DNA of 64,000 nt from Gemmatimonadaceae bacterium (GTDB lineage Bacteria > Gemmatimonadota > Gemmatimonadetes > Gemmatimonadales > Gemmatimonadaceae), in contig JBHYGA010000006.1 in assembly GCA_051859245.1 (NCBI GenBank), forward strand, positions 160,001-224,000, written 5' to 3'. This document shows positions 39,333 to 49,284 of this stretch, one piece after another. The notes beneath the pieces were generated by a model that saw only the letters and a list, made by a program, of their open reading frames with translations, did not search any database and was not told where the DNA came from. The first letter of the stretch is position 1. The number at the start of each line of letters is the position of its first letter. The position numbers and the translations under genes were made by a program.

Positions 39333-41132
39333 ATGCGGCGTTCTGCACTCCCTCGCACGTTTCTGATGCTTCCGTTGCTGGCCGCGCCAGCCGTGTTGCA
39401 CGCGCAGTCGGTCAATCGCTACGGTAACCCGGAAAAACTCGCGCCCGCGCCCACAGCGGCCGACATCACCGAGCGCGATCTCAAGATTCGTCTCTATCAG
39501 TTCGCTGACGATTCCATGCAGGGTCGACAGGTTGGTCGACTCGGCAATCAGAAAGGCACTGACTTCATTGCCGCTGAGGTCAAGCGACTCGGTTTGCTTC
39601 CCATGGGCGATGGCGGCACGTACTTCCAGGTGCTGCCGTATCATCTGCGCAAGTTCACGCCGAGCTCGCGTCTGGCCGTGAACGGTAATCCACTCACGTG
39701 GAATGAAGACTTTGTGGCCGTGCCGGGCGCACGTGCACCGCGTGCGATCAGCAATGTTGACGTGATCTTTGGTGGCACGCTCGGCGACACCACCACGCAG
39801 ATTTCGGCGGCGCAAGCGGCGGGCAAGTTCGTTGTTGTGTTGCCTGCAGCGGGCAGCCGTGGTGCCGGTGGTCCGCAGGGACCGCAGGCGTTTGGTGGAC
39901 CACGTGGTGCTGCGCCCGCCGCATCACGTTTTGCCGATGCCGCGGCGGTAGCCACGGTTGATCTCGACGCACTGAGCATGGCACAGCGCGCGGCGATCAA
40001 CACACCAACGGTTGCATCGCAGCCTGTCGCCCCCCGCGTCGCACCACCGGCCGCCGGAGCACAGGTGGATTCCCTCGCGCTGCTCAAAGCACAGCTCGCA
40101 GCGTTGCAGCCACAGGCCACGCTGCGCATCACACGCGCGGCTGCCGCCAAGCTGTTCGCGCGCACATCGCTTGATGGGTTGAGCGCTGGTGCATCGGGCG
40201 GTGTCGTGAACGCGTCGCTGCATTTTGTCGAAGAGCCCACCAACTTCGGTCGTAATGTGGTCGCGGTCATTCCCGGCAGCGATCCCGTGCTCAAGAATCA
40301 GTATGTCGCGATTGGCGCGCACAACGATCACGTGGGTTTCGCCGCGCCGGTGGACAAGGATTCCATCAAGGCGTTCAACGATATGCGCATCAAGTGGCAG
40401 CTAGCGAACGACATGAAGAACGCGCCAATCGATGTGATCGCGTCGTTCAAGGTGAACATGGACAGCATTCGTCGCATTCACCCCACGCCGCGCATGGACT
40501 CGATCAACAATGGTGCGGACGACGACGGTTCAGGCTCCATGGCCGTGCTCGAAGTTGCGGAAGCGATGATGGCCATGCCGGTCAAGCCAAAGCGTTCCAC
40601 GATTTTCGTGTGGCACACGGGTGAAGAAGGCGGACTCGTTGGCTCAGCGTTTTACGCGCGTTTTCCCACGGTGCCGATTGATTCCATCGTGGCCGCGATC
40701 AATGTGGACATGATCGGACGTGGTCGCGCTGAAGATCTGCCCGGCGGCGGCGATGACTATGTGGGCGTGATCGGCTCCTTCTTTGACTCGAAGGATCTCG
40801 GCGACATGGTGCAGGCCGTGAACAAGAAACAGAGCAAGCCGCTCAACTTTGACTACAAGTTCGACGAGCCGATCGATTGGGCCAACTACAACAATATTTA
40901 CGGCCGCAGCGATCACATCAACTACGCGCGTCAGGGCATTCCGATTGCGTTTTTCTTTACCGGACTGCACGGCGACTATCACCAGCGCAGTGATGAAGCC
41001 GAGTTCATTGATTATCCGCACTACGCGAAGATCACGAACTATCTCAAGAATCTGACGGTGGAAGTGGGCAACGGTCCGCGCCCGAAGTTGAACGGCACGA
41101 AGCCGCTCAAGCCGAAGGTGATTGGCGAGTAA
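39333..41132 (+). CDS. M28 family metallopeptidase, secreted
   Basis: DSMQGR, GAHNDH, NNGADDDGSG, TGEEGGLVGS, NVDMIGR, RSDH, HGDYH. Confidence 0.92.
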   Translation: MRRSALPRTFLMLPLLAAPAVLHAQSVNRYGNPEKLAPAPTAADITERDLKIRLYQFADDSMQGRQVGRLGNQKGTDFIAAEVKRLGLLPMGDGGTYFQVLPYHLRKFTPSSRLAVNGNPLTWNEDFVAVPGARAPRAISNVDVIFGGTLGDTTTQISAAQAAGKFVVVLPAAGSRGAGGPQGPQAFGGPRGAAPAASRFADAAAVATVDLDALSMAQRAAINTPTVASQPVAPRVAPPAAGAQVDSLALLKAQLAALQPQATLRITRAAAAKLFARTSLDGLSAGASGGVVNASLHFVEEPTNFGRNVVAVIPGSDPVLKNQYVAIGAHNDHVGFAAPVDKDSIKAFNDMRIKWQLANDMKNAPIDVIASFKVNMDSIRRIHPTPRMDSINNGADDDGSGSMAVLEVAEAMMAMPVKPKRSTIFVWHTGEEGGLVGSAFYARFPTVPIDSIVAAINVDMIGRGRAEDLPGGGDDYVGVIGSFFDSKDLGDMVQAVNKKQSKPLNFDYKFDEPIDWANYNNIYGRSDHINYARQGIPIAFFFTGLHGDYHQRSDEAEFIDYPHYAKITNYLKNLTVEVGNGPRPKLNGTKPLKPKVIGE

Positions 41133-41556
41133 GGTCTATCTGCACAGGAAACCCCTCACGCTCGGCGGCTTCGGCCAATCGACTGTCGAGCGTGAGGAAA
41201 GGGAGCGAGGGCGCGGAAAAACCACTCGCAACAATTGCGGCCGCCAACTGCAAAGCGTCGGCCGCGCGCAGGCGATGTGTGCGAAGCAATCGTGCGGCTT
41301 GTATGCGCACGTCATCGATGGCTGGCACTTCGCTCCACCGTGCGGCCAACTCATCAAGTCGTGCTAGTGAAGCGCGTGTCTGTGTAGCAGGCAACGCGCC
41401 CTCGCGTTCAAGGCGCGCGATTGCAGACACACATTCAACGCGTGTCCCCCACCATGTCACGATGGCGGAGTCTGCTTCGACCTGTCGTGTGATCACGTCC
41501 GACGTGGCCTCGCGCACCAAGAGAGGCAAGATCGCGCTCGTGTCCCAATAGCGCAC
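41107..41556 (-). CDS. vapC: VapC-family PIN-domain toxin
   Basis: YWDTSA, E..SAIAR, LRAADALQLA, TLD..L..AA..EG. Confidence 0.9.
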   Translation of the reverse strand: MRYWDTSAILPLLVREATSDVITRQVEADSAIVTWWGTRVECVSAIARLEREGALPATQTRASLARLDELAARWSEVPAIDDVRIQAARLLRTHRLRAADALQLAAAIVASGFSAPSLPFLTLDSRLAEAAEREGFPVQIDLTRQSPSA

Positions 41557-41850
41557 CTAGCGCGATTCCTCGCGTTCGTCGAGCAACGCCTGGACTGCCG
41601 AGGCGCCTGACGTGGGTTCTCCAATCGGCAGCTCCAGCCATGCGAGATCCGGCTGCTTCGCGGGGAGAATAAGTCGGCCTTGCTGCGCCAGCTCGATGGC
41701 ACTGGCCGACACTCCGGTGGGCGTCACCACCGGCGCCAACTGCGCCACGGGCACCCCTCGATCGGTAATCACGATCGACGCTCCGCCGCGGACTTCCTGC
41801 AGGAGGGCACTCAGACTGTTCTTTGCGGCCGAAACGGAGATGGAACGCAT
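41557..41850 (-). CDS. Phd/YefM-family antitoxin
   Basis: ISVSAAKNSLSALL..V..G..IVITDRGVPVAQLAP; directly upstream of the PIN toxin. Confidence 0.9.
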   Translation of the reverse strand: MRSISVSAAKNSLSALLQEVRGGASIVITDRGVPVAQLAPVVTPTGVSASAIELAQQGRLILPAKQPDLAWLELPIGEPTSGASAVQALLDEREESR

Positions 41851-41851
41851 C

Positions 41852-41885
41852 TGGCTATAATAGCCATTTCAATTTTCTCTGACAA
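41852..41885 (-). promoter_or_regulatory. vapBC promoter with autorepression palindrome; probably a leaderless transcript
   Basis: Minus strand TTGTCA-N17-TATTAT ends 6 nt before ATG; perfect palindrome TGGCTAT-A-ATAGCCA (41852-41866) covers the -10 box. Confidence 0.75.
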
Positions 41886-41941
41886 TGCACATTCGCGTCC
41901 GGCCCGCCAGAAAGATCCGCAACTACAAGTATTAAAACGGG

Positions 41942-43207
41942 TTACGGATTCCCCTGCGCCGTACTCGGCGTCACCCGCCAGATCTCGCCACCATCGGTGG
42001 CCACGTACAGGTTGCCATCTGGCCCCTGCGTGAGCGCGCGATACCGCGTGGCCGGCAGCCCCGAGTTCATCGTGGACGTGGTACTACCCGTCGCATCGAG
42101 CGTGAGCAGTTCTAGCCGCTGACCGGCCATGATGCCTACCGCCAGACGGCCATTCCACGTGCCCCACTGCACGCCATTGAGAAACGCGATGGGCGACATG
42201 CCCTGTGATGCGCCGTTGTTTGTCCACGACGCGCGCATGGCGTTCGGGAAACGCGCCAGATCCGTCATGGGCATGGTGGTCGCGGTGCCCGCGTAGCCGC
42301 AGTACCCGTCAGGACAGTTCAGCCCCGTGCGATTCTGCGGATCCCAACCGCCGTTGCCGCCGGCCACAAGCGGCGTGACTTCGTCGCTGTGATTCGGGCC
42401 GTGCTCGCCAACAAATACCTGGCCCGTGCCCGGACGAAATGCGATGCCCTGCACATTGCGATGTCCGTATGTGAAAATGCGCGTGTCAAATCCGGCCGGT
42501 GGATTGTTGCCCGATGCCGCCGTACCGTCGCGTGTGACGCGCAAGACTTTTCCGCCGAGCAGCGTTGGGCTCTGCGGCAATACGGGGTTGTGATTGTCGC
42601 CGGTGGTGATGTACAAGTTGCCGTCAGGACCAAATCGAATGCGCCCGCCGCTGTGCGCACCGGCTGAGCCATGCGCATTGCCCACGTGCTTGAACGCAAT
42701 GTCCGTCACGATGTCGGTGCGTGCACTCGCCGAAGTAAACCCTTCGTTGAGCTGCAACCGCACCACACGATTGGTGCGCGGATTCGCGTTGATGTTCGAC
42801 GCCATGTACACGTAGATCGTGCGATTCGTGGCGAACTGTGGATCAAGCGCGACGCCATGCATGCCGCTTTGCCCCTGACACACGAGATCCGGCGCGACAA
42901 GCGCCGACCCTGTGGTGCCAAAGAGACGCGTGATCGAACCGTCCACGCGACGCACCGACAGACCGCGACATTTCTCGGTGAAAAACATCACGCCGTCAGC
43001 GTTGAACGCGATGTCCCACGGACCCGCGAGCCCGGTCATGAGCACGGTACGCGTGAGCGTTGGCGTGCTGGTTTCCGGCGGGTTGGGCTCGGTAATCGGT
43101 GGTTCTATCTCGGCCGGATCGCTACCGCCGCAGGCGAGGGCGGCGAGTGACAACACCAGCACGGGGACGCGCGAGGCTCGAAACACAGAGCGGGATAAAG
43201 AGGGCAT
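41942..43207 (-). CDS. PQQ-dependent glucose/sorbosone dehydrogenase family lipoprotein
   Basis: PWDIAF, HSGGRIRFGPDG.LYITTGD, GKVLR, YGHRNVQG, EHGP..DE; lipobox LAC. Confidence 0.9.
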   Translation of the reverse strand: MPSLSRSVFRASRVPVLVLSLAALACGGSDPAEIEPPITEPNPPETSTPTLTRTVLMTGLAGPWDIAFNADGVMFFTEKCRGLSVRRVDGSITRLFGTTGSALVAPDLVCQGQSGMHGVALDPQFATNRTIYVYMASNINANPRTNRVVRLQLNEGFTSASARTDIVTDIAFKHVGNAHGSAGAHSGGRIRFGPDGNLYITTGDNHNPVLPQSPTLLGGKVLRVTRDGTAASGNNPPAGFDTRIFTYGHRNVQGIAFRPGTGQVFVGEHGPNHSDEVTPLVAGGNGGWDPQNRTGLNCPDGYCGYAGTATTMPMTDLARFPNAMRASWTNNGASQGMSPIAFLNGVQWGTWNGRLAVGIMAGQRLELLTLDATGSTTSTMNSGLPATRYRALTQGPDGNLYVATDGGEIWRVTPSTAQGNP

Positions 43208-43276
43208 GCTGAATCATACCGGCCACGTCCAGACAAGTGCCCTCTCGTGACCACCGTCACCCGCACAGTGTGCCGA

Positions 43277-43996
43277 TCAGGGCCCGGGCTGTTGCACTCG
43301 CGCGGCGCCGGGCTGAATGGCGCGGAACACCAGCTCCGTGAGGAAGTCGGTGGTGGAGCCGTCGCGATTGTGCTGCGATACGTCGGTCAGTGCCGGCAGG
43401 TGTTCGGCGAAGTATTTCTGCATGTGCGAGCTTTCCATCACCGTGGACACCAGCGCCGCCGGATACCGGTAGTCCGGATTGATCTCGGCAATGATGTCCG
43501 CCACGCTCCGGCACAGCCGCTTGTAACTGCGAAACAGTCCTTCGCGGTTCTCATCGTCAACGGCACGATTCAGATACGCTTTGGACGATTCGGCCACGAC
43601 CACCCGATACAACGCGCCTTCATCGATATGTGGCGTGGCGTCGTCGGCGACGATCGGTTGCGTGAGCTCACGCAACGCCAGCCGTAAACGCTGCTCGGCG
43701 GACACGACATTGCTCGTGGCCAGCAGCAGCCGATACTCCATCCAGTTCCAGTACCACGACGTGAGGTACAACAACAGCCGCTGCTTGCTTGGAAAGTACC
43801 GGTAGACCGTGGCCTCGGTGCTCCCGATACGCTGCGCCAACTTGCGGAACGTGAACGACTCGAACCCGATCTCGTCGATGAGCAGAATACTGTGCTCAAG
43901 AATTCGCCGGCCCATTTCCGACGAGTTCGGGTCCTTGCCAAACAATTTTTCGTCTACGTGCAGCGTGACTCGCACGCCACTGACAGACACGTTCAT
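43277..43996 (-). CDS. TetR/AcrR family regulator
   Basis: GFESFTFRKLAQRIGSTEATVYRYFPSK HTH. Confidence 0.9.
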   Translation of the reverse strand: MNVSVSGVRVTLHVDEKLFGKDPNSSEMGRRILEHSILLIDEIGFESFTFRKLAQRIGSTEATVYRYFPSKQRLLLYLTSWYWNWMEYRLLLATSNVVSAEQRLRLALRELTQPIVADDATPHIDEGALYRVVVAESSKAYLNRAVDDENREGLFRSYKRLCRSVADIIAEINPDYRYPAALVSTVMESSHMQKYFAEHLPALTDVSQHNRDGSTTDFLTELVFRAIQPGAARVQQPGP

Positions 43997-44019
43997 GGTG
44001 TTACTCGTGCGGGCAGAAA

Positions 44020-44667
44020 TCAGGCCGCAGTGGCCGGCGCAAGTGCGTCATGGAATTCTACCGTACCTGTCTCCACATCGTACATCCCCCCAACGAGCGC
44101 AATCTCGCCGCGATCGAGCATGCCGGCGAGCACCTCGCTGCGCTCGACGATCTGACGCTGCACCATCTCGACGTTGAGCATGGCCACGCGCTCCACGAAC
44201 TCGCCGTTGCTCGATGAGCGGTTTACTGTCGTCTCACTCTCCGCATCAACGGCCGGCTGAATTTTTGAGAGCAGTGCGGTGAGGTTGCCCATTTGGGCGC
44301 CGTCGCACGCACCCTTGATCGCGCCGCACTTGGAGTGGCCGAGCACAACAATCGCCTTGGATCCGGCGAGCTTGCAGGCGAATTCCATGCTGCCAAGAAT
44401 GTCTTCGTTGAGCACATTGCCCGCGATGCGGCAGCTGAAAATGTCGCCAAGGCCCTGGTCAAAAATCAGCTCGGCCGACGTGCGTGAATCAATGCAGCTG
44501 AGCACAATGGCCATGGGGTGCTGGCCTTCGCTCGTGGCGTTGACTTGCTCGAGCAAGTCGCGGTTCGACTTGAGATTGTTGACAAACCGCTCGTTGCCGC
44601 GGCGCAGCACGTCAAGCACCATCTCGGGGGTGAGTGCATCACGCACTTCACGGGTCAGTGTCTTCAT
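44020..44667 (-). CDS. Beta-class carbonic anhydrase
   Basis: GNERF, SCIDSR, IFDQGLGD, RIAGN, LGHSKCGA zinc ligands. Confidence 0.95.
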   Translation of the reverse strand: MKTLTREVRDALTPEMVLDVLRRGNERFVNNLKSNRDLLEQVNATSEGQHPMAIVLSCIDSRTSAELIFDQGLGDIFSCRIAGNVLNEDILGSMEFACKLAGSKAIVVLGHSKCGAIKGACDGAQMGNLTALLSKIQPAVDAESETTVNRSSSNGEFVERVAMLNVEMVQRQIVERSEVLAGMLDRGEIALVGGMYDVETGTVEFHDALAPATAA

Positions 44668-46283
44668 AGTTTGGAAGAGGTCAGAGGAGTGGAGCGGGAC
44701 GCAGAATCTGACGAAGCATTTGGTACGGCGGACGACACAATCGCCTGAAACGGCGCGTCGAGTGAGATGCCCTGCAGGTCAACAACGATGCGACGCGCAG
44801 GCGCGGTATTACGGAAATCGCGAAGGATTTCGAGCACATCGAAATCCACGACCTTCGAGCGCGATCCGTCGATCACGACATGTGAGTCCTCAGGGATTTC
44901 CTGCAGCTGCTGCAGAATGCTTCCCTTGTTCAGGAACGACACTTCTTCAGCGAGCTGGATACGGAACTCAAGCGCTTCCGGGTGACGCATGGTCACCGAG
45001 AACGGATTCTTCAGATTGTGGTGCAGCACCACAGCGATACCAACCGCGAGTCCGATACCAATGCCGGTGAGCAGATCGAACGCGAGAATGCCCGCAACCG
45101 TCGCCACAAACGGCGTGAACTGCTCCCACCCGTGTCGATACATCTGCACAAACAGCGCGGGCTTGGAAAGCTTGTAACCAACAACGAGCAGGATCGCCGC
45201 CAATGTGGCCAGCGGAATCAGATTGAGCACACCGGGGATTGCGATCACGCACAGCAGAATCAGCACGCCGTGCAGAATCGCCGACATTTTGGTGCGTCCA
45301 CCGAATGAGATGTTCGCGGAGCTGCGCACAATGACCTGCGTAATGGGCAAACCGCCGATCAATCCGGATACGATGTTGCCAATACCTTGCGCCTTAAGTT
45401 CACGATTGGTTGGCGTGATGCGCTTCTGCGGATCGAGACGATCGGTGGCTTCCACGCAGAGCAGCGTTTCGATGCTGGCAATGAGTGCGAGCACCAAGGC
45501 CACGATGTACACATCGGTGCGTGCAAGCGCGCTGAAATCGGGCGTGGAGAACTGTGCCAGAAACTCGGACACGCTGCCCGCCACAGGAATGGCGACCAGC
45601 TGCTCCGGTGCGAGCGTGAACGGAATGGCGCCCGAAGCCATCAGCCCGCTCATCAGGATGCCCACCGCAACCGCGGCCAACGGTCCCGGAATGGTGCGAA
45701 AGAACTTCGCCCGCGGTGCGAGCACGTTCTCCCAGCTCACGAGCAGTACTAGCGCGATGGCCGACACCAGCAACGCACCCGGCGTAATCGCGTCCAGCAT
45801 ATGCGCGACAGGATTCAGCGCGGCGTCGCCGCCCGTGGTGACCAGCTCTTCCTGCTTGCCACCCACGTAGCCGAGCGCGTGGGGCACCTGCTTGATGATG
45901 ATGAGGAGCCCGATGCCGGAGAGCATGCCCTTGATCACCGACGACGGGAAGTAGTACGCGATGGCCCCGAGTCCGGCGAAGCCCATCAGGATTTGCAGCA
46001 CGCCGGCGAGTACAACGGCCACCAGGAAGGCCTCGAACGAGCCGCCGAGGGTGGCAATGGCGCCCAGCACGATGACCGCCAGTCCCGCGGCCGGTCCGCT
46101 CACGCCGAGGGCTGAGCCGCTCACGCCGCCCACCACGATGCCGCCCACGATGCCGGCAATGATGCCTGAAAACAGGGGCGCTCCGGAGGCGAGCGCGATG
46201 CCAAGACACAGGGGGACGGCCACGAAAAACACGACAATGCTGGCCGGCAGGTCGTGCTTGATGTTCTTCAGCAGCTCGGACAT
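44664..46283 (-). CDS. SulP family anion (bicarbonate) permease
   Basis: VPLCLGIALASGAP, VSGPAAG, SIETLL, NRELKAQGIGN, VIVRSSAN, short STAS-like tail. Confidence 0.93.
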   Translation of the reverse strand: MSELLKNIKHDLPASIVVFFVAVPLCLGIALASGAPLFSGIIAGIVGGIVVGGVSGSALGVSGPAAGLAVIVLGAIATLGGSFEAFLVAVVLAGVLQILMGFAGLGAIAYYFPSSVIKGMLSGIGLLIIIKQVPHALGYVGGKQEELVTTGGDAALNPVAHMLDAITPGALLVSAIALVLLVSWENVLAPRAKFFRTIPGPLAAVAVGILMSGLMASGAIPFTLAPEQLVAIPVAGSVSEFLAQFSTPDFSALARTDVYIVALVLALIASIETLLCVEATDRLDPQKRITPTNRELKAQGIGNIVSGLIGGLPITQVIVRSSANISFGGRTKMSAILHGVLILLCVIAIPGVLNLIPLATLAAILLVVGYKLSKPALFVQMYRHGWEQFTPFVATVAGILAFDLLTGIGIGLAVGIAVVLHHNLKNPFSVTMRHPEALEFRIQLAEEVSFLNKGSILQQLQEIPEDSHVVIDGSRSKVVDFDVLEILRDFRNTAPARRIVVDLQGISLDAPFQAIVSSAVPNASSDSASRSTPLTSSKL

Positions 46284-46316
46284 GGGGTCAAGTGAGCGCG
46301 GAGGTGGGGACGCCAA

Positions 46317-46371
46317 TCGATAGTGTTTTACTATGAATAAATAATAGTATTACTATCGAAAGGGGCGTCAA
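46317..46371 (-). promoter_or_regulatory. sulP-CA-tetR promoter with tandem ATAGT-N-ACTAT operators
   Basis: AT-rich island; ATAGT-N5-ACTAT (46320-46334) and ATAGTA-T-TACTAT (46344-46356); minus strand TTGACG-N16-TACTAT. Confidence 0.75.
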
Positions 46372-46432
46372 GTACTGCCGCGCTCTCTCGTATCCGGTGG
46401 CCCTGCTACCTCGTTGGCGAGTGCCGCATTGT

Positions 46433-48013
46433 CTAGCGGCAGCGCCTCACGTCAACCACGGCGCGTTCGCCGCGTTTCACGGACACGGCCACCGTCTGCG
46501 TTCTTCCGTTCAGGGAGCAGGTGAACGTCCACGATTCCGGGATCCACGCTTTGGCCTTCTGGCTTGGCCTGGGCGAGGGATTCACGTGCCAGTCGATCTG
46601 TGTTTTGCCCGCGGGCATGGTGATTGACGACGTGAGCGCCATCGGGAACGTGAACGCCGGATCGGTGGTGCGATCCTCTTTCAGCAGCGGCGACGTTTCC
46701 AGCGTGATCGACTTGGAAATGGTGAGCGTTGCTCCAGCTGGCGCGCGCACATCGAGCACCGAGTGTCGCGCCGGATCAGCCGCTGCACCGAGTAACCGAA
46801 TGAACGCATTGCGTGCACTGCTGGCCGGATAGGCACCGGTGCCGAAGTACTGATCAATGACAAACGAATACGGCGGATGAAACCGTTCGCGTTGACGCGG
46901 TGTGTGTTCAAACGTGAAGGCAAACGTGCCGGCTGAGTAGTACGCCGTTTGCTCCATCGTGCCGGCGGCAGTGTAATAGATCTCCGGCCATGGTCCGGCT
47001 TCCCACGACATGTCGCGGCCGAGTGCTTGCGCGAGTTCGTCGTACGCGTCCACGTCGGCCGGAATGGGTTCTTCGGTTGAACTCGGCACGCGCAACACTT
47101 TGGCATCGGGGGTGTGATTGCTGAGCGCGACGACTACTTGATGTGACGCCATCAAGTCGCGCATCGCACGAGTTTCTGGTTCCGAAAACGGTGCTTCACC
47201 GCGTGCACTGCCGCCGCTGGTTCCGATGGTGGCTCCACTGCCGCCCCAGAACGCGCCGTAGTTGCGATTGATGTCAACGCCTGCGTTCGTTTGCTGCGGC
47301 GACGCGCACTCAGACCACGTGGGCGTTTGTCCCATCGTGATGCGACAGTTCTTGCGCTTCTGCTCGTTGAGCAGTGAACGCGACATGTCGTAGCCGTCTG
47401 GATTGACCACGGGCACAAGAATTACGCGCACGCTGTCGAGCAATCGTGTGATGACAGGATCCACACCATCGTTCTTGAGCAGATCCCACGCGAACTCCAT
47501 GGTGAGGTCAACGGTGGGCCATTCGCGTGCGTGGTGCAGTCCCGTCATGAGAAACACGGGTTTGCCGGAACTCGCTTGCACATCGTGCGTGATTTCGAGC
47601 GCGTAGATGCGCTGACCGAGCAGTGATCGGTGCGAGAGTTCAAAACGCTTCACCGTTTTTGGATACTGCGCGGCGATGCGCTCGAGTTCGGTGGTGGTCT
47701 CGCTGAGTGTGCGGTACGTGACGCGGCCGGTTGGCAGTGGTGACGGGTAGGGAATGGGTGGTGGTGCGGGCTGGGCGGCGGGGCGTTGTGCGGCGCCGGG
47801 GGGTGATGTGGGTGGCGCTGCGGAGGGTGTCGGTGTTGCGGCTGGTGTCGCGGCTGGTGCAGGCGTGGGTGCAGGCGTTGCCGGCGTGCGTGTGGATGAG
47901 CACGCGGTGATCGCGGCAAGGAGTGTGCAGCTGAGCAGGGTGAATCGCGGTGCGTTCACGGCGGTGTGCGGGAGGGATGATGGGGCGAGTTGCGAAGCGG
48001 TGGTGTGCAACAT
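46433..48013 (-). CDS. M14 zinc carboxypeptidase family lipoprotein; start 48013 or 47959
   Basis: GLHHAREW, NPDG, RKN, VDINRNY, PFSEPET, SNHT; lipobox ITAC then Pro/Ala linker. Confidence 0.88.
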   Translation of the reverse strand: MLHTTASQLAPSSLPHTAVNAPRFTLLSCTLLAAITACSSTRTPATPAPTPAPAATPAATPTPSAAPPTSPPGAAQRPAAQPAPPPIPYPSPLPTGRVTYRTLSETTTELERIAAQYPKTVKRFELSHRSLLGQRIYALEITHDVQASSGKPVFLMTGLHHAREWPTVDLTMEFAWDLLKNDGVDPVITRLLDSVRVILVPVVNPDGYDMSRSLLNEQKRKNCRITMGQTPTWSECASPQQTNAGVDINRNYGAFWGGSGATIGTSGGSARGEAPFSEPETRAMRDLMASHQVVVALSNHTPDAKVLRVPSSTEEPIPADVDAYDELAQALGRDMSWEAGPWPEIYYTAAGTMEQTAYYSAGTFAFTFEHTPRQRERFHPPYSFVIDQYFGTGAYPASSARNAFIRLLGAAADPARHSVLDVRAPAGATLTISKSITLETSPLLKEDRTTDPAFTFPMALTSSITMPAGKTQIDWHVNPSPRPSQKAKAWIPESWTFTCSLNGRTQTVAVSVKRGERAVVDVRRCR

Positions 48014-48276
48014 GGCGCCACGTGCGTTGACTGGTAATCCTTGCGCGGCGCGTGCTGAATCGCGGCGGTTGCAGTGCGCCCGCATGGCGTTGGTGCGGAC
48101 GAGCCTGACATCGTCTGTTCAATCGCCGCTCGGCGGCGGCTCGCGTTATGCTGCAATATTCGCAGCATAACGAGTCGCGCCGAGTGCGCGTTTGACGGGG
48201 TAAGCCGTTGCAGCGAATGTGCTTCAGCTGCTCGGCGGCGTTACGGACGTAATCGCTTAGGCCGCGAAATCGTGCG

Positions 48277-48326
48277 ACATAACTGGCTGTTTGCAGTGAT
48301 CGCCTGCAGTCCAATTCTCGTTAGGT
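48277..48326 (+). repeat. Short, internally deleted attC-like site
   Basis: ACATAAC...TGCAG-N7-CTGCA...GTTAGGT; GTTAGGTC is the exact complement of GACCTAAC at the far end of the next cassette. Confidence 0.6.
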
Positions 48327-48354
48327 CAGCGACAGACATCATCGGAGGGCGTAC

Positions 48355-48942
48355 ATGGTGCGGTTTCTTCGCATTCTCCGCGGCGGACTCGCCACCGCGA
48401 TCGTATGGGCGGGAACGTGGACGCTTGGCACAATTGCGCTCCGATTCGCCATGACGATACCAGGCAATGGAGCTCGCTCGACTGCCATGCCGCCACTTTT
48501 GTACGTGGCGATGATTGGGGCGATGAGCGGCCTTTTGTTCGCGATATTCCTCGTTTCCGAGCGGCGCCAGCGGTTGACCGACTTCTCGGTGCGGCGCGTC
48601 GGACTCTTGGGCGCTACGGCCGCGCTCATCCTGCCGCTCGGCTGGACGATCGGCTCGCTTGCGCTACATCCTAACTTCTTCTCGGAGGTCAGTCCGATTC
48701 CCCTGCTCGTCGCGTACGCCACGGCGGGCGCTCTGACCGCCGCAGGTTCATTCGTGCTGGCGCTCAAGCCGACTGGCACTCCGCCAAGCGACAGCGGCGG
48801 CCTTCTGGGTGCGCCGTTACCGGAGATCCATACGGACCGGCGCGCGGGTGCGAAGAGCGAGGCGACACGACCTAACCAAGCGTTGCTGCAGTCAGCCGCA
48901 AAGCTGTCGGTGGCGTTCGCTGCGCGAGCGCGTTTCGTTTGA
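48355..48942 (+). CDS. Cassette-borne hypothetical 4-TM membrane protein; reads through into the attC site
   Basis: GGAGG RBS, four hydrophobic segments. Confidence 0.7.
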   Translation: MVRFLRILRGGLATAIVWAGTWTLGTIALRFAMTIPGNGARSTAMPPLLYVAMIGAMSGLLFAIFLVSERRQRLTDFSVRRVGLLGATAALILPLGWTIGSLALHPNFFSEVSPIPLLVAYATAGALTAAGSFVLALKPTGTPPSDSGGLLGAPLPEIHTDRRAGAKSEATRPNQALLQSAAKLSVAFAARARFV

Positions 48943-48973
48943 GCGGCTGCAGCAGAACGCCAACTCGTTAGCT
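48870..48973 (+). repeat. attC site (104 bp)
   Basis: ACCTAAC-CAAGCGTTGCTGCAGTCAGCCGC...GCGGCTGCAGCAGAACGC-CAACTC-GTTAGCT with complementary arms and extrahelical bases. Confidence 0.88.
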
Positions 48974-49284
48974 GGCAGGACACACGCCCGTGCATCGGCA
49001 CCGTTGCACGAAGCATCGAACGAAAGCTCTGCCGTCGGACCCAACAACAATGCGACAGGTTAGCGCAGCGAACCCGTCGCGCTCGTGATCAGCCCCGTCG
49101 TCCGCAGCAACGCGCTAGGCCTTGGCGCAGCCACGCTCCTGCAGGTGTTACAAACCTGAAAAAGACATCGTCCACCGTATCGCAGGTCGAAGGAAAGAGA
49201 TATTGCGTCCCATGGGCGCGAGATCTCATTGGGCTGTGGAGCGCAGACAGAACCTTCTAACGACGATCGCGTCGGGAGGTATTG

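Noticed and set aside
46433..48350. Integron integrase at the head of the array
   Set aside because: The divergent ORF is an M14 carboxypeptidase; no tyrosine-recombinase motifs are seen in any listed ORF
48981..49262. Extra small cassette or gene in the long leader of cassette 2
   Set aside because: GTTAGCG at 49059 and TTCTAAC at 49255 are not complementary, and there is no convincing ORF or hairpin
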